From contig CAAFVA010000063.1 in the NCBI GenBank assembly GCA_900766325.1, positions 1 to 35,583 of the forward strand: a stretch of DNA of 35,583 nucleotides, written 5' to 3'. This stretch comes from Bacilli bacterium. Its GTDB lineage: Bacteria > Bacillota_I > Bacilli_A > RF39 > UBA660. The notes below the pieces were generated by a model. The model was not told the DNA's origin and ran no database searches. It saw only the letters and a program-made list of their open reading frames with translations. Positions 1 through 7,497 of this stretch are shown piece by piece; within the stretch, counting starts at the first letter, position 1; every line of letters begins with the position of its first letter. The position numbers and the translations under genes are program-made.

Positions 1-81
1 GATTTCAATTCTCACGTTGTTGGTATCGACGTTACAGCAAAAAGTACGATTACAATACCGATTAAGCAATATACTAATTAG
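1..81 (+). CDS. 3' end of a CDS that begins upstream of the window (product unknown)
   Basis: Frame 1 is open from the window edge (DFNSHVVGIDVTAKSTITIPIKQYTN) and stops at TAG 79-81. It is too short to assign a function. Confidence 0.3.
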   Translation, partial: DFNSHVVGIDVTAKSTITIPIKQYTN

Positions 82-195
82 CTTTACACTTGTTTAAAAT
101 ATTTTATGCTTAGTATTCACAATTTCTTAAGTATATTGAATATGGGTAAGGTTAATAACGTTATAAATATGTAAAAAGTAAAGGAGAAGTAATGT

Positions 196-867
196 ATGAA
201 CAAGAAAAAGAAAGTAATAATAGGAGTGCTAGCCGTAGCGCTAGTAATGGTAGTAGGTTATGCGTTATTTAGTGACACTTTAACGATTAGCGGAACTGCA
301 ACAGCAGAAGGTAATTTTGACATGCAAATTATAAGTGCTGAGGTAACGGGTGAAGTAGGATCTACTGGTGCAACAACGCAAGTAAGTAGTGACAATAATA
401 CACTAACGATTAACATACCAAAACTAGAATATCCAGGAGCTTATGTGGATGTAACATATAAAGTAAAGAACGCAGGAAGCGTGCCAGCTATATTTGATAG
501 TTACAGCATAACTGGTGAAACCGATAGAATAAAAGCACAATTTCAGTTTGAAAACTATTTTTATGATGTATCAGATGAACAAAACGAAACAATAAGAATA
601 TACTGGGATGAAAACAATAATACGGAAACTGAGGAGAGTGCAACAATAACACTTAAACTAAATTATATTCAAGTTGATAGTGAAGAAGTGGCATGCACCA
701 AGTTGCAAGAAAGAGAGGATTGGTTCTTGGATTGTCAAACAAATTATACTGACAATTGTTGGGAACGTTTGGAGTATGATTTTAATCATGATGGAATATC
801 AGATTGGAGTGATGGTGATCTAATAGATTATTTTGTATATGAAAATATGCAGTGTTCTAGTAATTAA
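196..867 (+). CDS. Secreted TasA/camelysin-like protein with SipW-type signal peptide, paralog 1, with a C-terminal Cys-rich extension
   Basis: AAGGAG RBS precedes the ATG. The N-terminus MNKKKKVIIGVLAVALVMVVGYALFSDT matches the K-rich/hydrophobic/(A)xFxD pattern of SipW-cognate signal peptides (TasA ...GGGTWAAFND). The segment PGAYVDVTYKVKNAGSVPA resembles the TasA/camelysin 'PGD..x..F.V.N.GSL' strand. The 5' end is shared with the genes at 13770 and 35539. Confidence 0.65.
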   Translation: MNKKKKVIIGVLAVALVMVVGYALFSDTLTISGTATAEGNFDMQIISAEVTGEVGSTGATTQVSSDNNTLTINIPKLEYPGAYVDVTYKVKNAGSVPAIFDSYSITGETDRIKAQFQFENYFYDVSDEQNETIRIYWDENNNTETEESATITLKLNYIQVDSEEVACTKLQEREDWFLDCQTNYTDNCWERLEYDFNHDGISDWSDGDLIDYFVYENMQCSSN

Positions 868-890
868 GATGGCTAAGGCCATCTTTTATT
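868..890 (+). terminator. Rho-independent terminator
   Basis: Hairpin GATGGC-taag-GCCATC lies immediately after the stop codon and is followed by TTTT. Confidence 0.7.
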
Positions 891-934
891 GGTATTGATT
901 TACAATAATTATTATAAATGATATAATTTAAAAG

Positions 935-1417
935 GTGATGAACTTGAAGAAGAAAATAACTATAATTGCGTTGGTTACTTTTTTTATTGACCAAATAATA
1001 AAGTTGTTAGCGATTAAATACCTTACTAATTTTAGTTTGATACCTAACGTTTTATCTTTTACTTATGCGGAAAATAAGGGTGTTGCTTTTAGTATGTTTT
1101 GGGGTAATAGATGGTTTATAATTATTTTATCTTTGTTATTATTATGCTTTTTAATAAGGATTATAAAAAAAGAATACCTAAACGGTAATAAAAATGATAA
1201 CTTAAAAAACGTAACGTTTGGATTTTTAATAGGAGGAATCTTAGGTAACTTATTTGATCGTATATTTAGAGGGTACGTTGTTGATTACGTATCTATTAGT
1301 TTGTTTGGTTATTCGTTTCCGATTTTTAACTTAGCGGATGTTTTAATAACTATTGGGGTTGTTCTTATGATAATATGTTCTATACTGGATGATAAAAGGA
1401 AAAAACAAGTCATTTAA
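935..1417 (+). CDS. lspA: Lipoprotein signal peptidase (signal peptidase II)
   Basis: Four-TM protein with LspA motifs NKGVAFS, GNLFDR, VVDY and FNLADV. It sits in the classic lspA-rluD pairing. In-frame alternative starts are ATG 938 and TTG 944, and the RBS AAAGGTG at 931-937 favours 944. Confidence 0.9.
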   Translation: MMNLKKKITIIALVTFFIDQIIKLLAIKYLTNFSLIPNVLSFTYAENKGVAFSMFWGNRWFIIILSLLLLCFLIRIIKKEYLNGNKNDNLKNVTFGFLIGGILGNLFDRIFRGYVVDYVSISLFGYSFPIFNLADVLITIGVVLMIICSILDDKRKKQVI

Positions 1418-1447
1418 TTAATGTTAATTTTTAAAAAGATATAATTA

Positions 1448-1456
1448 TGATATAAT
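1448..1456 (+). promoter_or_regulatory. Extended -10 promoter element (TGaTATAAT) upstream of rluD
   Basis: Exact TGnTATAAT lies about 35 nt upstream of the rluD start codon. Confidence 0.45.
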
Positions 1457-1490
1457 ATTACTTGGTTGATTGTGAAGGGAAGTTCTTTTT

Positions 1491-2387
1491 ATGAAATTTA
1501 TTATAGATAAAGATGATTGTGATAGATTAGATAAATTTTTAATTAGTAAGCTTAATATTTCAAGAAGTAAAGTACAAGAAATGATAAAGCAAAAATTGGT
1601 AATGGTAAATAATAAGTTTATAAAAAGTGGATATTTTTTAAAGATTGGTGATGTGGTTGATGTGCTTGGAGAGTTAAAAGTAGAAACCACTGCAAAACCA
1701 GAAAGTATGAATTTAGACGTTTTGTATGAAGACGATGATATAATGGTTATTAACAAGCCAAGTGGTTTGGTTGTTCACCCGGCGGCTGGTCATTTTACTG
1801 GTACGCTTGTTAACGGGCTTTTATATCACACTAAAAATCTTAGCAGTTCTAATGGCGATTTAAGGCCTGGTATAGTTCACCGGATTGATAAGGATACCTC
1901 TGGACTTTTAGTTGTTGCTAAAAATGATTATGCTCATGAGGCACTAGCAAAACAGCTTAAGGATAAAACTTTGTCAAGAATTTATGTTGCTTTGGTAAGC
2001 GGGAGGATAAATCATGATACCGGGAGTATTGACGCTCCAATCGGAAGGGACCCTTTTGATAGAAAAAAAATGTGCGTAACGGACGTTAATGCAAAAGAAG
2101 CTATTACTCATTTTAAAGTGTTAGAACGTTATAAAACGAGTACTTTAATAGAAGTTAAGCTTGAAACCGGAAGAACACATCAAATAAGGGTTCATATGAA
2201 TTATATAAAACATCCAATAATAAATGATCCGGTTTATGGTAACTTTAAGAACACGAATTCTTTTGGTCAGATGCTTCATGCAAAAGAATTAAGTTTCATT
2301 CACCCGGTAACAAAAAAGAAAATGACTTTTAGTTGCCCGCCACCGGATGAATTTAATGAAATTTTAGAAGAATACAAAAAGAAGTAG
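1491..2387 (+). CDS. rluD: 23S rRNA pseudouridine synthase, RluA/RluD family
   Basis: N-terminal S4-like RNA-binding region plus the catalytic motif HRIDKDTSGLLVVAK and GRTHQIRVH. It is positioned after lspA. Confidence 0.9.
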   Translation: MKFIIDKDDCDRLDKFLISKLNISRSKVQEMIKQKLVMVNNKFIKSGYFLKIGDVVDVLGELKVETTAKPESMNLDVLYEDDDIMVINKPSGLVVHPAAGHFTGTLVNGLLYHTKNLSSSNGDLRPGIVHRIDKDTSGLLVVAKNDYAHEALAKQLKDKTLSRIYVALVSGRINHDTGSIDAPIGRDPFDRKKMCVTDVNAKEAITHFKVLERYKTSTLIEVKLETGRTHQIRVHMNYIKHPIINDPVYGNFKNTNSFGQMLHAKELSFIHPVTKKKMTFSCPPPDEFNEILEEYKKK

Positions 2388-2398
2388 GAGGTTTATTT

Positions 2399-3535
2399 AT
2401 GAAAACACCAAGAGAAAAAAGAGATTTATTAGTAATGAAGCTCCTTCATTATTTTATAACGGAAAGGAACTATAATCCGGTTGTTGTTCATGGTATTCAA
2501 AACGAAATATGGTTAGAAAACATGGATAGTGATTTTAGGATCGTAAGAATAGTTATGAATTATATTCATAATGAAGAACAATTAGAGTTTGATAATTTTA
2601 AGGTTTCTAGACTGGTGAAGCAGATAAAGTTAAAAACTTTTACGTTTAAAATGAAGGTTTTAACGCTTTACTTAGATTTGAATGATGATGTTAAACTTGC
2701 AAATACCAAGATTAATTATCAGGTACGTGTTAAAAGTGAATCCTCGTTAAAAAAAGATGAAACGATATTAAAGTATTTTAGTGATATGCCTTCAAAATTA
2801 AAATTTACTGAAGAAGGTGCCTTATTATATCAAAAGATAAATAATGACATAATAAAGAAAAATTTAGATCAAAGTGAGAAGATAAATGATTTGTTTAGAC
2901 CTAAAACGCCAATTATAACTAACGTTTTAATTGCGGTAATGACCATTGTGATGATATTGATGTACTTATTGGGTGATGGGTCAACTAGCGTAAAAACGCT
3001 CTATGAATTTGGAGCCTTAGTTAAAAACGCAAGTCCTATAAGGTTATTAACTAGTATTTTTCTTCATATTGGTTTTGTCCATTTTTTGATGAATATGTGG
3101 GCATTAAAAATATTGGGAACTCAAACGGAACGCTTTTATGGGCACGCAAAAACGCTTATAATTTTTATTTATAGTGGTGTTGTTGGTAATTTACTTTCAT
3201 TAATTTTAATGGGTGAAAACATTATTTCCGCAGGAGCATCCGGGGCGATATTTGGTCTTATGGGATCGGTTTTATATTTTGCTATTAACCAAAGAACTTA
3301 TATGGCAGAAGCTTTAAAAAGAGAAATTTTACCCGTTATAATATTAAATGTTTTACTAAGTTTTATGATTCCATCAATTAATATTTACGCTCATATTGGT
3401 GGACTTATAGGTGGTATGCTTTGTTCGGTAGCGCTTGGTATAAAGTATAAAACCACGAAATTTGAAAAAATAAACGGTGTTTTTTGTGCTGTTATTTTAG
3501 TTGTAATACTAAGTTATTTAGCATATTTTATGTAG
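2399..3535 (+). CDS. Rhomboid-family intramembrane serine protease (GluP/YqgP-like) with a ~180-aa cytoplasmic N-terminal domain
   Basis: Motifs HxxxxHxxxN (HIGFVHFLMNM), the GxSG catalytic serine (GASGAIFGLMG) and the catalytic His (AHIGGLIGG), within six predicted TM helices. Confidence 0.85.
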   Translation: MKTPREKRDLLVMKLLHYFITERNYNPVVVHGIQNEIWLENMDSDFRIVRIVMNYIHNEEQLEFDNFKVSRLVKQIKLKTFTFKMKVLTLYLDLNDDVKLANTKINYQVRVKSESSLKKDETILKYFSDMPSKLKFTEEGALLYQKINNDIIKKNLDQSEKINDLFRPKTPIITNVLIAVMTIVMILMYLLGDGSTSVKTLYEFGALVKNASPIRLLTSIFLHIGFVHFLMNMWALKILGTQTERFYGHAKTLIIFIYSGVVGNLLSLILMGENIISAGASGAIFGLMGSVLYFAINQRTYMAEALKREILPVIILNVLLSFMIPSINIYAHIGGLIGGMLCSVALGIKYKTTKFEKINGVFCAVILVVILSYLAYFM

Positions 3536-3541
3536 GAGAAA

Positions 3542-4774
3542 ATGATTATGTTAATGTTTAGAGTAATAAGTTTAACTTTAATTTTTATTGGTGCTTTAAT
3601 GGCTGTTTTGGTTACCTTAATAGCAAGAAAAAATAATAACAAACCCAAAAGAAGAAAGGATGGTCATAATTTTTGCGTACTTATTCCTGCGAGATATGAG
3701 TCAAAAGTTATTGAAGGCCTTTTAAAAAGTATTAAAAATCAAACTCATAAGGTTAAAATGACCGACGTTTACGTGGTTGTTGAATCAGAAAAAGATGAAA
3801 CCGTTAACATTTGCAAGAAATATAATGCCACCGTTTTTATAAGAAAAGAACTTCATTTAAAAAGAAAGGGTTATGCCTTAGATGAGGTTGTAAAGTACAT
3901 TTTATCAGGTAAAAAAAGATATGATGCGTATTTTATATTTGATGCCGATAACGTTTTGGATAAAGACTATTTTAAAAATATGATTCCTGTATTTGATAAG
4001 GGATATGATTTAGCTACTGGGTATCGTAATTGTAAAAACGGAAACGATAGTGTTGTTGCGGCATCATCAGCTTTAACGTTTTCTTTAGTAAATGAAGTAT
4101 TTAACGATAGTAAAAACAGGAAGACGAGAAACATTACTTTCTCTGGTACTGGTTTTTACATAAGAGGATATTTAATTGAAAAGTGGCAAGGTTATCCATT
4201 TCATACTCTAACGGAAGATTATGAATTAAGTTCTTACGCAACACTTAATAATTTAACTACGTATTATAATACTAAATCCTTTTTTTATGATGAACAGCCA
4301 GTTAAGTTTAAAAACACGATAAACCAAAGGATAAGGTGGATTAGAGGATACTTTGACGTTAGAAGAATGTACCAAAAAAAGATGCTTTTATCGCTTGATA
4401 GAAAAGATCCTAATTTTGGTTCTAAACTAGATGAATCATTTGGAATAATACCATACATATTCATGGTTGTAGGACTTTTAGTTTGGTTTTTGTCGATTAT
4501 ATTTTTTATCGTGTATAATTTGTTTTTAAATAAAGAAGTTTTAAGAACGCACGTTTTAGAACTGTTAATATATTTTGTGATTTTATATCTTGCACTATTT
4601 ATAATGACTTTGGTTATCGTTATTATTGAGGGTAATAAAATTGATTTGAGCTTAAAGACGAAAATTAAAGTGTTATTTTATAATCCTATTTTTATGATAA
4701 GTTACGTACCGTGTGCTATTAAAGCTTTAACTGCTAAAGAAGTTAAGTGGACGAAAGTAGAACACGGTAAGTAA
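3542..4774 (+). CDS. Membrane-embedded family-2 glycosyltransferase with processive-synthase motifs
   Basis: N-terminal TM, then the DxD motif (FDADN), a TED motif (TLTEDYE) and QxxRW (QRIRWIRG), followed by C-terminal TM helices. This motif set is typical of cellulose/PNAG/chitin-synthase-like GT2 enzymes. Confidence 0.8.
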   Translation: MIMLMFRVISLTLIFIGALMAVLVTLIARKNNNKPKRRKDGHNFCVLIPARYESKVIEGLLKSIKNQTHKVKMTDVYVVVESEKDETVNICKKYNATVFIRKELHLKRKGYALDEVVKYILSGKKRYDAYFIFDADNVLDKDYFKNMIPVFDKGYDLATGYRNCKNGNDSVVAASSALTFSLVNEVFNDSKNRKTRNITFSGTGFYIRGYLIEKWQGYPFHTLTEDYELSSYATLNNLTTYYNTKSFFYDEQPVKFKNTINQRIRWIRGYFDVRRMYQKKMLLSLDRKDPNFGSKLDESFGIIPYIFMVVGLLVWFLSIIFFIVYNLFLNKEVLRTHVLELLIYFVILYLALFIMTLVIVIIEGNKIDLSLKTKIKVLFYNPIFMISYVPCAIKALTAKEVKWTKVEHGK

Positions 4775-4811
4775 AAAAAACTAATAATATTATAAATTCA
4801 CGTTACTTTTC

Positions 4812-4840
4812 TTGCACTAACGTTTAAATAATAGTATAAT
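4812..4840 (+). promoter_or_regulatory. SigmaA-type promoter of the yceD-rpmF operon
   Basis: TTGCAC, a 17-nt spacer, then TATAAT, ending about 20 nt before the GTG start at 4861. Confidence 0.6.
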
Positions 4841-4860
4841 TAACAAGCGGTGGTGATAGC

Positions 4861-5340
4861 GTGAACGTAGATTTAACTAAGCTAATTTATGGCGTGTCTC
4901 ACGAAGTTTTAGTTTCTGGAGAAATAAAAGTTCCTGATGATTTGTTAAAAAATACTGATATAAGAAGAATTAGTCCTGTAAAAGTAAATGGTTTCATATA
5001 TAATAATGATGAGTCCTATGAGTTAAATATTAAAATTACGGGAATTATGATTCTTGCTTGTGCTAGAACTTTAAAAGACGTGGAATATCCTTTTGATATA
5101 GACATAATAGAGCAAATTGATGATAATGATGATAATTCGTTACAAATTATTCAAAATAGACTTGATATTTTTCCAATTGTATGGCAAAATATACTAGTGG
5201 ATGTTCCTTTAAGAGTTCTTGCGCCTGATGCTAAGGAAAAACCTTTAGAAGGTGATGGTTGGCGTCTTATTACACAAGACGATAATAAGGAAGAAATTGA
5301 TCCAAGACTTGCAAAGTTAAAAGATTATATTAAAGAGTAA
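4861..5340 (+). CDS. yceD: YceD/DUF177-family protein (large-subunit rRNA accumulation protein)
   Basis: GTG start preceded by GGTGGTGA. It is acidic, about 160 aa, and has the conserved DPRL..LK C-terminus. It lies directly upstream of rpmF, the near-universal bacterial arrangement. Confidence 0.75.
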   Translation: MNVDLTKLIYGVSHEVLVSGEIKVPDDLLKNTDIRRISPVKVNGFIYNNDESYELNIKITGIMILACARTLKDVEYPFDIDIIEQIDDNDDNSLQIIQNRLDIFPIVWQNILVDVPLRVLAPDAKEKPLEGDGWRLITQDDNKEEIDPRLAKLKDYIKE

Positions 5341-5355
5341 GGAAGGAGTGAGAAT

Positions 5356-5562
5356 ATGTTAAAGTTGGATATCCAATTATTTGCAGTTCCATTCAGAAAA
5401 GTAAGTAAGACGAGAAAAAGAATGCGTCGTACTCACTATAAAATCGAAGCAAACGGAACGGTAAAATGTCCTAAGTGTGGAGAAATGATAAGACCACATA
5501 GAGTATGCCCTAACTGCGGTAATTACAAAGGAAAAGAAGTAATTAAGAAAGAAGAAGCTTAA
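5356..5562 (+). CDS. rpmF: 50S ribosomal protein L32 (zinc-ribbon type) with an unusual 9-aa N-terminal extension
   Basis: [18 protein letters not shown] is the canonical L32 N-terminus, and the CPKCG...CPNCG zinc ribbon is present. The only well-placed start is ATG 5356, 7 nt after GGAAGGAG, which adds MLKLDIQLF before the Ala. Confidence 0.9.
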   Translation: MLKLDIQLFAVPFRKVSKTRKRMRRTHYKIEANGTVKCPKCGEMIRPHRVCPNCGNYKGKEVIKKEEA

Positions 5563-5580
5563 GGTTTAAGCTTTTTTTTA
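5555..5580 (+). terminator. Rho-independent terminator after rpmF
   Basis: AAGCTTAA-ggt-TTAAGCTT hairpin overlaps the stop codon and is followed by T6. Confidence 0.75.
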
Positions 5581-5591
5581 ATAATTATAAG

Positions 5592-5600
5592 TGTTATAAT
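5592..5600 (+). promoter_or_regulatory. Extended -10 promoter element (TGtTATAAT)
   Basis: Exact TGnTATAAT lies about 25 nt upstream of the 5626 start codon. Confidence 0.45.
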
Positions 5601-5625
5601 TGTATTAGTGAAATAGAGGTATGCT

Positions 5626-6558
5626 ATGAAGAAGTCTAAACAGAAGAACTTAATTAAGATATTCGCTGGCCTAGCGATGGGGTTGTACGTGATTTTTGGA
5701 ACGAATGTTATAGGAGAAGTATCAAAAGGATCTGAGGAAGTTTCTGGCGAGGTTGACGAAGTAAAGCGTTCTTTAGAATCATCCTTAGATGTAGATGGTA
5801 CGTTACAAGTTTATTTTATTGATGTAGGACAAGCTGATTGTATTTATATAAAGCAAGATAGCACAAACATGTTAATTGATGCTGGTAATAATGAAGATGG
5901 ACAAAAACTTGTTAGTTATTTTAAAAGCCTTGGTGTTGATAAATTTGATTATGTGGTTGCAACCCATCCTCATGAGGATCATATTGGTGGTATGGATGAT
6001 ATAATTAATAGTTTTGGGGTAGACAATTATTATATGCCAGATAAAATATCTACTACCAAGACGTTTGAGGACGTACTTGATGCTTTAGAAAGTAAAGGCT
6101 TAAATTATGAGGTGCCTAATATTGGTGATGAATTTGATTTAGGTGATGCATCTTTAAAGGTCATTTATTCTGGTGATGATACTAATGATGCTAATGATTC
6201 GTCAATCATACTTAAAATGACGTATGGATCTAATAGCTTTTTATTTACTGGTGATGCAACTAGTAACGTTGAGGAAGAAATTTTAAATAAGGATATAAAA
6301 AGTGACGTGTTAAAAGTAGCCCATCACGGTTCTTCTTATAGTTCTACCGATGCCTTTTTGGATAAGGTTGCACCAAAATATGCCGTTATTTCGGTTGGAG
6401 AAAATAATTCATATAATCATCCTTCCTCTGATACTTTAGATAAGCTTAATAGAAGAAACTTAAAATTATACCGGACTGATTTAGATGGTACCATTATATT
6501 TACAAGTGATGGTAATGATTTAAGTGTACAAACTGAAAAAACTGATACGAATGGATAG
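5626..6558 (+). CDS. Secreted or membrane-anchored MBL-fold metallohydrolase related to the ComEC/Rec2 C-terminal domain
   Basis: N-terminal signal/anchor (IFAGLAMGLYVIFG), the metallo-beta-lactamase motif HPHEDHIGG, and a later VAHHGS. The architecture is that of stand-alone ComEC-type lactamase domains. Confidence 0.8.
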   Translation: MKKSKQKNLIKIFAGLAMGLYVIFGTNVIGEVSKGSEEVSGEVDEVKRSLESSLDVDGTLQVYFIDVGQADCIYIKQDSTNMLIDAGNNEDGQKLVSYFKSLGVDKFDYVVATHPHEDHIGGMDDIINSFGVDNYYMPDKISTTKTFEDVLDALESKGLNYEVPNIGDEFDLGDASLKVIYSGDDTNDANDSSIILKMTYGSNSFLFTGDATSNVEEEILNKDIKSDVLKVAHHGSSYSSTDAFLDKVAPKYAVISVGENNSYNHPSSDTLDKLNRRNLKLYRTDLDGTIIFTSDGNDLSVQTEKTDTNG

Positions 6559-6564
6559 GTAATT

Positions 6565-6789
6565 ATGAAATATGTGGTTGATAAAATAGAAAACAAAATA
6601 GCTTTATTAGAAGGTGTTTTACATGGTGATAAAAAGGAAGTTAATATAGATAAACTTCCGTATGGTATTAAAGAAAACGACGTGTTAACATACGATGATA
6701 ATTCGTATGTTATAGATGAAAAAGAAAAGGAAAAAAGAATTCGAAGGATAAGACAAAAGATGGAAAAGTTAAAAAAAACAAGGAAGTGA
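6565..6789 (+). CDS. DUF3006-like small protein
   Basis: 74 aa. The pattern MKYVVDKIENKIALLEG....V.I.KLPYGIKENDVL matches the DUF3006 pattern (vDRiEg..Avle....LP.g.kEGDvl). It lies 6 nt downstream of the MBL gene, a recurrent pairing. Confidence 0.55.
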   Translation: MKYVVDKIENKIALLEGVLHGDKKEVNIDKLPYGIKENDVLTYDDNSYVIDEKEKEKRIRRIRQKMEKLKKTRK

Positions 6790-6795
6790 GATAGT

Positions 6796-7497
6796 ATGCA
6801 ATTAGTCTTAATTGGCGGTGGAGACATCGGAAGAGCAAATACCAAGTACGAAACCAAAGAAATAGATGAAGAAATAGTAAGACTAGCTAATAAAGATAGA
6901 CCAAACTTTTTATTTATCGGGCTTGCCAGTAGTTTTGCTGATTCTTATTATAAAGTAATAAAAGATATTTATAAAAATCTTGGGTGTGAGACGGGTAAAA
7001 TATCTAACAAAACGTTAACGCATATTGAAGTGGTAGAAAAAAAGATAAATGATGCTGATATTATTTATATCGGTGGTGGTAACACGGTAAAACTAGTTAA
7101 CACTTTAAAAGAGACAGGAATGGATAAAATGCTTTATAACGCTTTAAAGAGAAATTGTGTTTTAGCGGGTATTTCGGCTGGTGCCATAACGTATTTAAAA
7201 TACGGACTATCTGATGTTGAAATAATGGATGGTACCTCTGATAATTATGTTAAAGTAGACGGATTAGGTTTTTTAGATTACATGTTTGTTCCTCATTTTT
7301 CATCTGTTCCTAAAAAGAAAGAGGATTTAGAAAAGGTATTAAAAGAAAATAAAAACATAAAAGCGTTATGTGCCGATAACTGCTGTGCAATTGAATTTAA
7401 TGATGATGACATGAAAATAATAAAAAGTAAGAAAGATGCTAGCGTATATGAAGCTTATTACGATAAGAAATTTAAAATAGACGAGATAAAGTGTTAA
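6796..7497 (+). CDS. Peptidase family S51 (dipeptidase E-like)
   Basis: IYIGGGNT, the nucleophile motif GISAGA and a downstream VPHF histidine. The size of about 230 aa also fits. Confidence 0.7.
   Translation: MQLVLIGGGDIGRANTKYETKEIDEEIVRLANKDRPNFLFIGLASSFADSYYKVIKDIYKNLGCETGKISNKTLTHIEVVEKKINDADIIYIGGGNTVKLVNTLKETGMDKMLYNALKRNCVLAGISAGAITYLKYGLSDVEIMDGTSDNYVKVDGLGFLDYMFVPHFSSVPKKKEDLEKVLKENKNIKALCADNCCAIEFNDDDMKIIKSKKDASVYEAYYDKKFKIDEIKC

Noticed and set aside
1445-1756. Minus-strand ORFs from the track that lie antisense to well-supported genes. These are 1445-1756, 6417-6857, 9612-9896, 10233-10553, 10244-10450, 14049-14264, 14860-15060, 15716-15907, 18576-18770 (+, antisense to rpsT), 18772-18990, 19009-19227, 19206-19391, 20247-20432, 20587-20802, 22337-22534, 22973-23161, 24250-24471, 24493-24711, 25109-25291, 26043-26246, 26265-26483, 27825-28124, 28232-28450, 28422-28619, 30118-30309, 30469-30786, 31219-31566, 31636-31818, 34428-34646 and 34513-34920.
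   Set aside because: All overlap genes with strong family motifs on the opposite strand. They have low-complexity, L/S/F/I-rich translations typical of shadow ORFs in AT-rich DNA, and they lack convincing RBS sequences.
7494-7497. Convergent S51 peptidase and yigZ genes overlapping at their stop codons (TTAA), with no room for terminators.
   Set aside because: This is real but commonplace in compact genomes. I see no evidence of regulatory significance.
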